Positions 10,244 through 21,111 of a DNA stretch of 64,000 nucleotides are shown one piece after another (positions within the stretch are counted from its first letter, which is position 1; every line of letters begins with the position of its first letter). The stretch covers positions 620,001 through 684,000 of the forward strand of contig JAIVFI010000005.1 in the NCBI GenBank assembly GCA_025558095.1, given 5' to 3'. This stretch comes from Hyaloraphidium curvatum SAG 235-1 (Eukaryota > Fungi > Monoblepharomycota). The position numbers and the translations under genes are program-made. The notes under the pieces were generated by a model that worked only from the letters and a program-made list of their open reading frames with translations, made no database searches and was not told the DNA's origin.

Positions 10244-12850
10244 ATGCCGCCGCCCTCCGCGGCGAAGACGGCCAAGGCGGCGGCGCGGCTGGCCAAGGCG
10301 GCCGCGGCGCCCCGGGCCGGCAAGGCCGCGGCGACGCGCGCGCCCAAGCCGGGCCCGGGGCCGCGGGCGGCGGCCGCCCCCGCGCCGCTGGTCCCGCCGC
10401 TGTCCGCCGAGCAGGCGCTCGTGGTCGACGCGCTGCGCGGCGGCAAGAACGCGGCCGTCGACGCCGTGGCCGGCTCGGGCAAGACGACCACGATACTGCA
10501 AATCGCCGCCGCGTTCCCCGACAAGCGCGTGCTCGCGGTGCTCTACAACCGCCGCCTCAAGTACGAGACAAAGACGCGTGCCGCCGCCGCGCGCGTCACG
10601 AACCTGGCCGTGGACAACTACCACGGCTTCGCGTTCCGAAACTACTCGGACGAGTGCCTGGACGACCACGGCCTGGAGCGCGTGGTGCACGACGACCTGC
10701 CGCTGCGGCGCAGGGACAAGAACGCGTTCGACATTCTGTGCCTGGACGAGGTGCAGGACATGACCCCGCTGCTCTTCCGCCTGGTGCGCAAGCTCGTGCG
10801 GGACGCCAAGCGGCCGCGCAAGCCGCTGCAGTACGTGCTGCTGGGCGACAAGCGCCAGGAGATCTACGCCTTCAACCGCGCCGACGCGCGCTTCCTCGCC
10901 TACGCGGACGAGTGCTTCCCCACGGCCCAGCCCTGGGTCCGCATCGACCACCGGACCAGCTACCGCATGACCGCCTCCCTGGCCTCCTTCCTCAACGCCG
11001 CCGTGCTGCCCCCCGACGCCCGCATCCGCGTGCCGGCGGTCGGCGACGCCGGCCCCGGCCCGCGGCCGCGGTACCTCGTCGCCGACGCCATGCGCTACGA
11101 CATCCCGCCGCTCATCCCCATCCCTTCCCCCGCGCACCTCGAACCCCCGGACCCCGCCGCCTCCCCCCTGGGCGGCCCCTGGTCCCCCCTGGACGAGATC
11201 GCGCGCTACCTCTCCCTCGGCATCGCCCCCTCGGACATCCTCGTCCTCGCGCCCTCGACCCGCTCCCCGCTCTCCCCCGCGCGGAAGCTCGCCAACGCCA
11301 TCGCCCTCTCGCTCCCCGCCAAGGTCCACGTGGCCGACTCGGACTCGGAGCTCGCGCGGGCGGACGAGGCCGCACGGGGGAAGGTGCTCGTGTGCAGCTA
11401 CCACCAGGCCAAGGGGATCGAGCGGCGGTGCGTGGTCGTGCTGTCGTTTGACGGGGGTTACGCGAGGTTCTACGGCAAGAAGGACGGCGCAGAGGCGGAC
11501 GCGACGATCGCCAACGCGCAGTACGTCGCGCTGACGCGGTCCACGGGGCACCTGACGGTGGTGCAGGACCGCGGGGAGGGGCCGGCGGTGGGGGTGCGGC
11601 TGGACGGGGTGCGGGGGACGTGCGACGTCGTGGGCGGGGAGCTCCCGCTTCCGTTGTCCGAGGTGCCCCCCACGACCGACGACCCATCGCCGCACTCCCC
11701 CGACATCCCCTCCGAACCATCGGTTGCCACCGTCGCCCCGACGCGCGTGCGCTTCCCTTCCACGCCGGGCTCCCGCATCCCGCTCCTCCCCCTCACCCCG
11801 CTCCTCGCCTCCCTCCCCACCCCGCTGATCAAATCCCTCTTCTCGCACCTGGAGCTGGAACCGCTGCACCCGGCCTCGCCGCCCTTGCCGCACGCGCGGG
11901 CGCGGCAGTGCTCTGACGGGCTGTGGGAGCCCGTGGGCGACCTCGTCGGCCGGGGCGCGGTGCTCTGGTTCGAGGGACGGAGGGGGGGCAAGGGGCTGGG
12001 TATGGTGCAGGACGAGCTGCGTGCCGAGAAGGAGCGCAGGGAGAGGGAGCGCGAAGGCCTGGAGGCCGGGACGGCGAGGAGGAGGCTGGTGGACTACCGC
12101 GTGCCCGGGGACGTGCGGACGCACCTGCCCGACGCGCTGCTGGACGAGATCCTCGGGTACAGGGCCGAGGATATGGGGCCCGAGGCGTTCGCGCTGCTGG
12201 CGCAGGTCGCGGCGGCGCTGCAGTCGTCGTACCTGCCGCGGCTGGTGCAGCTCGAGAGGGCGCTGTACGATTTCCTGCCGCCGCACGTGCTCGGCGCCGC
12301 CGAGGAGCTGCTGGGATCGCACCTGAGCGCCGGGGCCGAGTACTGGCTCCCGCTCCGGAGGATGATCGAGACGGCGGCGGGCAAGGCCAAGGTCTGGGCG
12401 ACGGCGGACGCGGTGGACCGCAACACGCTGTGGGCGGTGCGGTGGGCGGATTCGGTGCGGCTGGAGCACGTGCTGGAGCTGGCGTGCCTGGCGGCGCTGG
12501 ATGCGCGCACGGACGGCAAGGTCAGGACGACGCGGGAGTACCGCCTGCTGAACTTGCAGACGGGGCAGGTGGTCGGCCTGAAAGGGGACTTTAGGGAGGT
12601 GCTCAAGCGGCTGGTGGAGCACCGCCTCGGTCCGGGCGAGGCGCGTGCGCCGGATGCGGTGTTCAGGGAGCACCTCCGGACGCTGTTCGCGGCGCAGTTC
12701 GAGGCCCGCAGCTCGGTGCCGCACTGGCTGCACGCGGGGACGGGCGGGCACGCGGCGGACCAGACCAGGGTGTTCGGCGACGCCGAGGGCCGGGGGATGG
12801 ACGCGGAGCTGAGCAGGCTCGTGCTGCGGAAGATGCCGATGATCACGTGA
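10244..12850 (+). CDS. SF1 (UvrD-like) helicase fused to a degenerate PD-(D/E)xK nuclease-like domain, intron-less
   Basis: AVAGSGKTT (motif I), LDEVQD (II), LGDKRQEIY (III), SYRMT (IV), SYHQAKGIE (V), YVALTRS (VI). C-terminal ADAVD..LWAVR..EHVLELA..LLNLQTG. Confidence 0.85.
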   Translation: MPPPSAAKTAKAAARLAKAAAAPRAGKAAATRAPKPGPGPRAAAAPAPLVPPLSAEQALVVDALRGGKNAAVDAVAGSGKTTTILQIAAAFPDKRVLAVLYNRRLKYETKTRAAAARVTNLAVDNYHGFAFRNYSDECLDDHGLERVVHDDLPLRRRDKNAFDILCLDEVQDMTPLLFRLVRKLVRDAKRPRKPLQYVLLGDKRQEIYAFNRADARFLAYADECFPTAQPWVRIDHRTSYRMTASLASFLNAAVLPPDARIRVPAVGDAGPGPRPRYLVADAMRYDIPPLIPIPSPAHLEPPDPAASPLGGPWSPLDEIARYLSLGIAPSDILVLAPSTRSPLSPARKLANAIALSLPAKVHVADSDSELARADEAARGKVLVCSYHQAKGIERRCVVVLSFDGGYARFYGKKDGAEADATIANAQYVALTRSTGHLTVVQDRGEGPAVGVRLDGVRGTCDVVGGELPLPLSEVPPTTDDPSPHSPDIPSEPSVATVAPTRVRFPSTPGSRIPLLPLTPLLASLPTPLIKSLFSHLELEPLHPASPPLPHARARQCSDGLWEPVGDLVGRGAVLWFEGRRGGKGLGMVQDELRAEKERREREREGLEAGTARRRLVDYRVPGDVRTHLPDALLDEILGYRAEDMGPEAFALLAQVAAALQSSYLPRLVQLERALYDFLPPHVLGAAEELLGSHLSAGAEYWLPLRRMIETAAGKAKVWATADAVDRNTLWAVRWADSVRLEHVLELACLAALDARTDGKVRTTREYRLLNLQTGQVVGLKGDFREVLKRLVEHRLGPGEARAPDAVFREHLRTLFAAQFEARSSVPHWLHAGTGGHAADQTRVFGDAEGRGMDAELSRLVLRKMPMIT

Positions 12851-13122
12851 GGGGGTTGGAGGCGTCGGGGTGGCCGCGGGCCGGCCGCGGGGCAAGTGGA
12901 CGATACCAGCGATTCCGCCCCGCTCTTTAGTCGGGGCCTATACTGTATGTAGGATTTTCGCTGCGATCTTGATGATGCGAGTCGTCGTGCAATGGACCCT
13001 TGGACCGACTCGACGGGTACCTCCGCCCGCCGCTGGTCAGACCCTGGGGTCCCTCAATCGGCGACCGACCAAGCACATTTGCCGCCTTCCCCCTCCCTCC
13101 TCGTCGCACCGCGTTTCACAAT

Positions 13123-14687
13123 ATGGCGACTGCTCCCGCGCCCGCCGCGCAGGCCGCGGCCGCGGCTGCCGTCCCCGCGCCGGAGCCGGACATCAACAAG
13201 GGAAAGCTGAGGTGTGCCTCCCTCCCCAACCTTCCCTCGGGAGGCTCAGATCCCGCTCCGCCCGCAGCCTGCAGGCCAGGCTGAAGAAGCTCTCGCTGTC
13301 GGTCACCGTTGACACCTGTGGGTCGGCGCGCCGCGTCTCGCGCGGACGTCCTTCTAACACGCGGATCGCGATCCCCAGTTGCCATGCTCGTGGGCCATCT
13401 TCGGGCTCGTTTTCCCCGAGGATCGAGTTGCTAATTGTTGCGTTTTGATCCATGCCCGGCCAACGCCCCTCGCTGGCCGTTCTTCTCCCCCGCCGCGTGA
13501 TCCGTTTCCTACCCTTCTGGCAACGACCGATCCCTGCCCCCCCCGACGCCCCTCGCTGCCATTTCTCTCCCGGATCGCTCTTCTGCTTCTTTTGCCTCGC
13601 CGTTGGCAACGGTGGAAACCCTTTGTTGCGGCACGCGACCTCCTCCTCAGTTCATGATCCTCGCCGAGACCGGCCCGTCGAACCTCAGCCTGTCGTGGGG
13701 TGTCTACACCTCGGCGACCTACCCTCTCGTGCCGCAGTCGCTTTTCAATATCTATACCGGCATCTTTGGTACCTGCCGCATTCCCACCACGGCCAACGCG
13801 TTCCCCGTCTGCCTGCAGTGGTGGGACGACCCGTACTATACCCGTATCTGTGTGTTCCGGCCTCTTGCTCTCCCCCAGTACCCGTGCTGACCGCTGCTTG
13901 CTCAGACTCGCGCTTCTTCCTGTCTTCCATGGCCGGCCTCGCCAACTTTGCCATCTTCGTTCTCTTTTTCGGCGCCATCTACGCGTGCTTCCGCCCCGGC
14001 CTCGACGGCTTCATCTGCATGGTCGTCACTGGTGGCCTTGCCTGCGCGGCCTGGATCCCGGTGCGCTGCAATGCCGTCGCCCGCGCTGCCGGTTCAGGGG
14101 CTGACCTCCCTTGTTCCAGTGCTTCTCGATGATGACCTGGCTCCACAACGACCTGAACAACTTCGTCTACCCGTACCGCAGCGAGTACTTCTCCGCCGGC
14201 TTCTGGATGGGCCTGGTCGCCCTCATCCTGTCCTTCCTCTCGCTGGGGATCAAGATCACGGCGTACAAGAAGCCGAAGACGGCCGACGAGATCGCCGTGG
14301 GTCCGCGCGATCACCCCATCCACCGCAGGCCCCTCACCCACGCTTCCCCGGCAGGCCATGAAGCACATGCAGGCCGAGGCCAAGCGGAAGCAGCAGCTCC
14401 AGGCCCAGGGCCTCGTCGTGGTCCCCATGGCCCCGCAGCAGTACTACGCCCCCGCCCCCATGGTCGTCCCCGTCGGGCAGGCGCCGGCGGGGTACAATTA
14501 CCAGCAGGTCGGCGTGCCGATGCAGGCGCAGCAGGTGGTGCCCGGGGCGCAGGCGGTCGCGCCGCCCGGGACCTACGCCGCGCCGCCGGCAGACGCGCAG
14601 ATGTACGCGGCGCCGGTGGTGCCCGGGGCCGAGGCGGTGGCTCCCCCGGGGACCTTCGCAGCACCGCCGACGGACGTCAAGATATGA
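13123..14687 (+). CDS. claudin/SUR7-PalI-like tetraspan membrane protein with Pro/Gln/Tyr-rich tail, multi-intron
   Basis: Spliced ORF pieces give YTGIFGTC..C in the first loop, hydrophobic helices, FSAGFWMGLVALILSFL, and a repeat-containing tail (VVPGAxAVAPPGTyAAPP x2). Some exon boundaries are approximate. Confidence 0.55.
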
Positions 14688-15005
14688 GAGGGGTCAGCGG
14701 CACGCAGCGGCTCGACGAAGCCAAGGTGTGGGGGAGTCGGCGGGGAGCTTTGTGGCGGGGGTGCTTGTCTATCTACCTACTTCGAAAGAGTGAGATCAAG
14801 CCTTTCTTCTCTTCTATTGTCGACGGAATTGCTGGGAAAACCGTCGATGATCGTGGTGGTGACAGGGCCGAACGAGTAGTGACTGACGGAAGCCAAGCCC
14901 GCCGAAGCTTTGTGCGGAAGCGCGTGCCGAAGCAGGCTCCGTTCGATCGACGCACCATCGGAGAGGTCATAGTGCATCCGGAATCTAGCTTACGACCCCA
15001 TTCCA

Positions 15006-16629
15006 ATGGCCTCTCCGCTCGTGCTCAGCGGCGTCGAGCTCGCGGCCGTATTCCCGGCGCGGCCGGACTCATTGCCGCCGCGGCCGTCGTTCCCCTCATC
15101 GCTCGTCGCTGACGCGGCCAGCGATCTCAAATCAGCGCTCACACCGCTGGAACACGTTGAAACTGGCCACGCATCGTCGCGGGATGTCGACCCTGTGCCC
15201 CCTACGCTGGACGCGGTTATCGACACCTTGGCTGCCCTAGGGGAGACGCGCTTGGTGTCCATGCTGCGGGCGACATCTACGGCCGTCAATCTTCAGCTTG
15301 GCCCTTCCAGCGTAGCCTTGGTCTCCTGGCCAACAGCTGCCTGGCTCGTATTCGTGGCATGCGCAATGGCGGCCACCGCCGCCGTGTTCACCTTCAACGA
15401 CGGGACATTCGGATCAAGGCAAATCGCAGCCGGAATAGCAGCACTGGCGGTTACTTTCGCTTCCATGACCTTTATCCAACTGGCGTCATCCGTGATCGGC
15501 GCCAGAATGCCGAGCTGGGACGTCGTGCTCGCACAGGCGCTCTCCGGCCTCTATTGCTGGGGTCAGGCTGTCCTGCTGCAAGCGCCTTTGCTTTCCCACG
15601 TTGATGGTGACGACCTGTGCCCGTGCCATCGATGCTGCTCCCGGACGGTTCTTGTTTGGAGCTTCTGGGAACGAGTGCTGAGGACCGTGCCGCTGAACAG
15701 CTTCAACGTGTTCGTGACCCTGTCTTTCGTCTGGACGCCCGTGGTTTTCTACGGCTCTTCATTCTGGACATCTGGGGCCTACATCGCAGCAGGTGTTTTG
15801 CTACGTGAGTATTATCGGATTACCGCCGCTGCTAGGTGCATTCCGTTTATTTCCCTCTTGCTCTTATGCACCAGTTACTGCGACACTGATGTACAATGTG
15901 GTGAGCATGGTGGGTCGCTTTGGCAGCTACAGCTCTGCGGAAACCCTTCTGGAGACCCGCATCTACCTGCGAGCCAGCTTCCGCGCAATCGAGGACCTCC
16001 TCCGTCGGTACCGCCATAGGCTCCTCCTTGACCCTTCGGACGACGACGGCGCTGTTGCCGATGACGTCCATGGCAACGAGCTGTATGTTCGGCTCCACCT
16101 TGGGTATAGAGCCAAGTGGGAGCGTTCCCGCGCGGTCAAGGCCTTTGATAGGAACATCTTCATGGGCCTGGCTCTGGCTCTCATGCCTTTTGCCCTGCTA
16201 TTTGGGGCCGTCATCAATCTTGCCGCGGGCGGCTGCGTCACCATGTGGACGATCATGCAGCTCGTGGTCACCCTGTACGTGATCGTGGTGGGGGTTGCCG
16301 AGCTGCCTGCCATCAACTCGCAGATCGATGCGCTCTCCAAGATGTACCTCGACGCCGTCTTTGCCATCCGGGGCATGCTCATGGACGCGGCCAGCCTGCC
16401 CAGGGATCCGCGGCGCGATGCCGCAGTGAGGGAACTGGAAGCGCACGCTGGGTTCTTGGCGACGTTCGGGAGCGTCGAGAGCCTGAGGGCGACGTTTGTG
16501 GGGATCCCGGTTACCTGGGGGCTTGCCAAGACCCTGCTCGTCACCATCATCACGCTCGGTGTCGCACTGTGGAGTGTCCTGCGCGGCGTCGGCGTCGTGT
16601 TTACGTTGCAAAGTGTCTGCCCGTTGTAG
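15006..16629 (+). CDS. multi-pass membrane protein, gustatory-receptor-like/DUF3537-like 7TM channel candidate; intron at 15805-15874
   Basis: A GTGAGT..polypyrimidine..CAG intron joins ORFs 15006 and 15793 in phase, giving about 7 hydrophobic segments. The C-terminus ATFVGIPVTWGLAKTLLVTIITLGVALWSVL resembles the TM7 region of GR-like proteins. Confidence 0.6.
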
Positions 16630-16864
16630 GACGACGTTAATGCAATGAGTTACGCAATGCGTGTGAGGGTCGGCGGTACACAGCGGCCCGAGAGGTCAGC
16701 GGGGCGGTCGGGGAAGACGAAAGTCTGTGGAAGGCGACAGCTCTCTTTCCACCTAACCCCACGGAAGAGCAAACATTGGTGTTCTACTCCTTGGACCGTC
16801 GACGAATTGAGCCGGAAATCGTGGTCGATCGAACTGTGAGTGTGACACAGCAGCAATCGTCCCC

Positions 16865-18502
16865 ATGTCGGCCGCCCCGGACGCGGACTCCGGCGCCGCG
16901 GCGAAGGCCGGCGAGCGCGCGACGCCCGCGCAGCCCACTGCCGTGGGGCTGCCCGCGCGGGCGGCGTCGCACGGCGGCGGACTCGGCGCTTCGCGGCAGG
17001 CCTCGCGCCGGATAAAGGGCCGCTTCCCGTCGCTGGGCGCGCTGCCGCCGGGCGTCTCGCGGTCGCATTCATTCTTACCGGGCCGCGCTGCCTCGCTGCG
17101 GCTGCTGCGGGCGTCGCTGCCGCGGCTGCGCACGTTCCACGGCGTCGAGTCGCCAAAGTCGCCCGGCTCGCCCGCGCGCGGTCCCGAAACTAAGCACACG
17201 CCGTCGCCCGTTCCGCCGCTGCGCGCCAAGAAGAAGCCAAAGCAGGCCTCGCCCGCCGAGAGTGTGCTCGCGCTGCTGCTGGACCGGCCCGTGCTGGACC
17301 GCAAATCGTACCTCGCCCTCGCCGCGACTTCGAGGCGTCTGCACACCTCGGCCATGGCACCGCACCGCTGGCCAGGCGTGGTGGCGGACTGGTGGTTTGA
17401 GGAGTGGCTCGAGGAGGCCGTGAACTCGCCCCCGGAGGACGAGGACGCGTCGCTGTGCGACTCGCTTCTGGACCGCCTCTTCGAGACCAACCTGCTCTGC
17501 CTCTCGGACCCCCTCCTCCCGCCCGTGTGCCTGCCGGCCGGGCACATGCGCCAGCGTCCAGCAACGGAGTCGCTGCGGATAGTCCTCCCCTCGGACCCGG
17601 CCTCGCCGCCTCCGAACACCCATGCCTGGGCGCCTCTTGGCCTCGTTCCCCGTTCCTTCCTCCGCGGCGCACCCCCGGAGCTCCTGGACCACGTCGTCGA
17701 GCGCCTCTCCCGCACCGTCTTTGCCCGCCTCCTGGCCCGCGAGGCCTCCCTGGCGTACCCGGACGACGACGTCGAATCCCTGGACCACTCGCAGCAGCTC
17801 GCCTTCCTGCAGCACTCCCTCGCGCAGGACCGCGCCCTTGTGCTCTCCTTCCTGTGCGGGTACCTACCCCTCTCCTCCCTCTCCAGGTTCTCGCACCTGC
17901 TCGCCCCGGAGTCCGAGGAATGGCACCCCGCCGCCACCCCCGTGCACGTCGCCGCCGCCCGCGGCCGCCGCGACGCCGTTGCCCTCCTCCGCGGGCTGGG
18001 CTGGGACGCCGGGGGCACCCTTCCCCACCGCTCGGGCGGCGGGTTCGAGGGGTGCGTGTGCGTGCCGCTTGCGCCGGTGGAGCACGCGCTGTTTGCCGGG
18101 CACGCGGGGACGGCGAGGTATTTGCTGAAGCACGGGGCGACGGGGCATGTGGAGCGCCGGGGGGAGGCGTGCGCGGTGGCGTGCGCGTGGGTGGCGGTCA
18201 AGAGGGGGAATTCCGGGGCCGGGGAGCCGGGCGGGCGGTCGGAGGCGTCGGCGGGGAACGGGTCACCCGAGACCGGGATCGATCGGGAGGACGAGGACCA
18301 ATTTGGGGACGGGGAGCTGGACGCCGTGAGGTTGGCGGAGCGGGGGTCGCGCTGTGCGAGGTTGGCATTGGACGTGATCGCGGCGGCGAACCCGGGGTGG
18401 AAGCCGGGCGGGGAGCTGTGGAGGGAGGTCGGGATCGAGATGCTGTTTGCGCCCAGGGAGGTCGCCGAGGCGTGGGGCGACACCATGGGGGCCTTGTTCT
18501 GA
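16865..18502 (+). CDS. hypothetical protein with ankyrin-like repeats
   Basis: 545-aa ORF containing TPVHVAAARGRRDAVALLRGLG and APVEHALFAGHAGTARYLLKHGA. LDRKSYLALAATSRRLH is weakly F-box-like. Confidence 0.6.
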   Translation: MSAAPDADSGAAAKAGERATPAQPTAVGLPARAASHGGGLGASRQASRRIKGRFPSLGALPPGVSRSHSFLPGRAASLRLLRASLPRLRTFHGVESPKSPGSPARGPETKHTPSPVPPLRAKKKPKQASPAESVLALLLDRPVLDRKSYLALAATSRRLHTSAMAPHRWPGVVADWWFEEWLEEAVNSPPEDEDASLCDSLLDRLFETNLLCLSDPLLPPVCLPAGHMRQRPATESLRIVLPSDPASPPPNTHAWAPLGLVPRSFLRGAPPELLDHVVERLSRTVFARLLAREASLAYPDDDVESLDHSQQLAFLQHSLAQDRALVLSFLCGYLPLSSLSRFSHLLAPESEEWHPAATPVHVAAARGRRDAVALLRGLGWDAGGTLPHRSGGGFEGCVCVPLAPVEHALFAGHAGTARYLLKHGATGHVERRGEACAVACAWVAVKRGNSGAGEPGGRSEASAGNGSPETGIDREDEDQFGDGELDAVRLAERGSRCARLALDVIAAANPGWKPGGELWREVGIEMLFAPREVAEAWGDTMGALF

Positions 18503-18598
18503 CGGGACCCTGCTGTGCGTGGAGGTGAACTCGGGAGAATCTGTCGCAATATGTAGGCCCAGCGCGGGTCGATTGGTTTCAAGAACTCAGGTATATCC

Positions 18599-21004
18599 TT
18601 ACACGCGATCGACCTCGGACCCCGCCTCGGCTTCCTGCTCCGCGCCGTCCGCGATCTCGACCGCCGTCCCCCGCCCGGCCAGGATCTCCCTCAGCCCCGC
18701 CGCATCGTCCACGGAAACCCACCCCCTCCCCACCGCGCCGTCGAGCCAGTCCTCCGCGGCGCGCACGTCCCCCTCCGCCGCGGCCTTGGCCGCCATCCGC
18801 GCCAGGATCCTCGTGTCCGGCGGCAGCGACAGCTGTTCCGCCGCCCCCGCCAGCAACTTTGCCGTCCTTCCCCAGCCGTCCTCCTCCAGCGCGCGCTCCA
18901 GCAGCGGGTGCATGGTCCGCGGCGGCACCGCGACCTGGTGCGCGGCACGGAACGCCGCGAGCATCCCCAGCGCGCGCTCGGGGGCGTCGGGCAGCCCCGA
19001 GGCGCGGAAGCCCCGCGCGGCGGCGGCGAGCGCGCGCGCGTCGGGGCGGAGATCGAGCCCGTGAGGGTCGCACATGCGCGCGGCGAGGCGCTCCGCGAGG
19101 TCGGGGCGGCCGGAGCGGAAGTGGGCGTCCAGGAGGTAGGTGTAGGATTGCAGGCCCGGGGTCCGGCGGGCGTCGGCGAAGGGGTCCGGAGGGCCGGCGC
19201 GGTGCGAGAGGAGGTCGGATTCGCGCCGGGCGACCACCTCCGCTGCGTCGTCCCACCGCTGCAGTGCCGAGAGGCCGGCGACCATGCCGGCAAGCATGGG
19301 TTCCGTGGCAACACCCGTTGGCGACGCAGCCTCCCACACCTTCCTCGCCAGATCCTCGTGCCCGGTCGACATGCAAAGCCTCACCAGGGCGCCGATTGCC
19401 TCCCCATCCAAAGAGTGTGGGCCGCCGGGCAGCACGTCGAGCTCGCCGCGGTCCAGCGCCCTCGCGAGCGCCTCGGTCCACCGCGCCACGCCGGCGGCGT
19501 CCGCCATCCGCGAGTAGCCCAGCAGGAACAGCGCGTACGTGCCCCAGTTCCACCTGATTCCCCTGGTGCGTCCCGCGACGCCGCGCTCGTCGTCGGTCCG
19601 GGCATGCACCGCCTCGGTGAGCATCCTCGTTGCGACGCCCTCGGCAGCGGCAGGGTCCGCGAGGAAGTGCAGCCTGAGCACGGCGTTGTACACGTCCGCC
19701 GACGGCACCAGGCCCCTCGTCGAATTGAGCTGCCTCAGCGTTCGGAGCACCTTTGCGTGCGCCCCCGCCAGGTTCGGATGCGGCTTTGCCCCCGCCGTCC
19801 TCCTCGGATCCGGCCCGGGCGCGCTCCACGCCCTCCGCACGTGGCAGTCCAGCGCCAGCTCGAACGCCCGCGCCAGCGCGGCGGTGCGGAAGGCCGAGGC
19901 GGCGGGGTCGCCGGGGTGCTGCGCGGTCCAGCGGCCGCGGACGACGGCCAGGACCTGCTCGCATTCGGCCTCCATGCGGTCCTGCCGGAGGACGTCCATG
20001 AGGCGGAGCAGGTCCGCGGTGGGGATCTTGAAGGGGTCCGGGTCGCGGCGGCGGTCGGGGGGTTGGCCGACGGCGAGGTGCACCTCGCCCGAGAGGTGCA
20101 GCTCGCGGAAGGTGTTCCAGGCGAGCCGGACCGGCTCGGGGTCGCCGCGCGAGCGCAGCGATTCGGCCAGGGAGGCCTCGAACACGCGGATCGCCTCGGC
20201 GGGGTCGGCGAGCTTGGCGCCGCCCGATTTCTGCTTGCGCCTCGCGGGCGGCTTGTCCGAGATGAGCTTCCGCATCTGCAGGTAGTCCGTGTTGACGGGC
20301 AGCGCCGACGGGTACTGGTGTTTCATGCTTTCGATCAGGCGCTGCCGGAACTGCGCCTTCCAGCGGAGCGCGGCGTCCTTCTTTGGTCCGTCGGTCCTTT
20401 GCGCATCCGAGCCCGGGTCCTCGTCGGCCACCAACCGCAACGATGGGGAAGAATGATCGGAATCCGAGTGCTCCTCGGCCTCCTCGTCGACCAGCCTCCC
20501 CGCCCACTCCGCGGCACCCGCATCCGGCACCGTTGAGCCCCGGTGGAGCGCAAACTCTTCAGAGCGCTGGTACCGCTGCAGCTTCTGCTGGTTCGCCGAC
20601 ATGGCCCTCCGGTCGGGACTGGAAACCCTCGCTTTCTCCTCGGCGCCCTCCCCGCCGCGGTCCGCCAGTCCGTCCTCGTGTGCTTCGATCCTCGCGCGCG
20701 AATCGGGGGCCACTCTGCCGCGTTTCGGCCTGTGCTTTGCCAGGAACTCCTCGACGGAGAGGGGCCTGTGCCGCGGCCGCCCCGGCCCTCGCGCCTCGGG
20801 CTCCGCCGCCCGCGACCGGCCCCGACCGCTCTCCGCGTCCTCGTCGGCGTCCAGCACGGCCCGCGCCGCGTTCGCCGCCCGCCTGCTGCCGCGAGGCAGC
20901 GCGCCCGTGGGGAGCCCCGCCGCGGCGGCGACCCACGCCCGCAGCGGCGCCAGCGGCGACGTTCGAACGCCCAGCGCGGCCGCGCGGCAAAAGGCCCGCG
21001 ACAT
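18599..21004 (-). CDS. pentatricopeptide-repeat protein, likely mitochondrial
   Basis: Arg/Ala-rich presequence MSRAFCRAAALGVR, and PPR-like units PSADVYNAVLRLH, WNWGTYALFLLGYSRMAD, PGLQSYTYLLDAHFRSGRPDLAERLAARM and RPDARA. Confidence 0.75.
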   Translation of the reverse strand: MSRAFCRAAALGVRTSPLAPLRAWVAAAAGLPTGALPRGSRRAANAARAVLDADEDAESGRGRSRAAEPEARGPGRPRHRPLSVEEFLAKHRPKRGRVAPDSRARIEAHEDGLADRGGEGAEEKARVSSPDRRAMSANQQKLQRYQRSEEFALHRGSTVPDAGAAEWAGRLVDEEAEEHSDSDHSSPSLRLVADEDPGSDAQRTDGPKKDAALRWKAQFRQRLIESMKHQYPSALPVNTDYLQMRKLISDKPPARRKQKSGGAKLADPAEAIRVFEASLAESLRSRGDPEPVRLAWNTFRELHLSGEVHLAVGQPPDRRRDPDPFKIPTADLLRLMDVLRQDRMEAECEQVLAVVRGRWTAQHPGDPAASAFRTAALARAFELALDCHVRRAWSAPGPDPRRTAGAKPHPNLAGAHAKVLRTLRQLNSTRGLVPSADVYNAVLRLHFLADPAAAEGVATRMLTEAVHARTDDERGVAGRTRGIRWNWGTYALFLLGYSRMADAAGVARWTEALARALDRGELDVLPGGPHSLDGEAIGALVRLCMSTGHEDLARKVWEAASPTGVATEPMLAGMVAGLSALQRWDDAAEVVARRESDLLSHRAGPPDPFADARRTPGLQSYTYLLDAHFRSGRPDLAERLAARMCDPHGLDLRPDARALAAAARGFRASGLPDAPERALGMLAAFRAAHQVAVPPRTMHPLLERALEEDGWGRTAKLLAGAAEQLSLPPDTRILARMAAKAAAEGDVRAAEDWLDGAVGRGWVSVDDAAGLREILAGRGTAVEIADGAEQEAEAGSEVDRV

Positions 21005-21111
21005 TGCGCCGCCACTGCCCTCCTCTGGGCTGCTGACCTGTAGCCGGGTGTGTTGTCGATTGTTTGTTTGTCCCCTGATCACCCACTGCCGCCGCCCGCC
21101 AGCGGGCCCGA

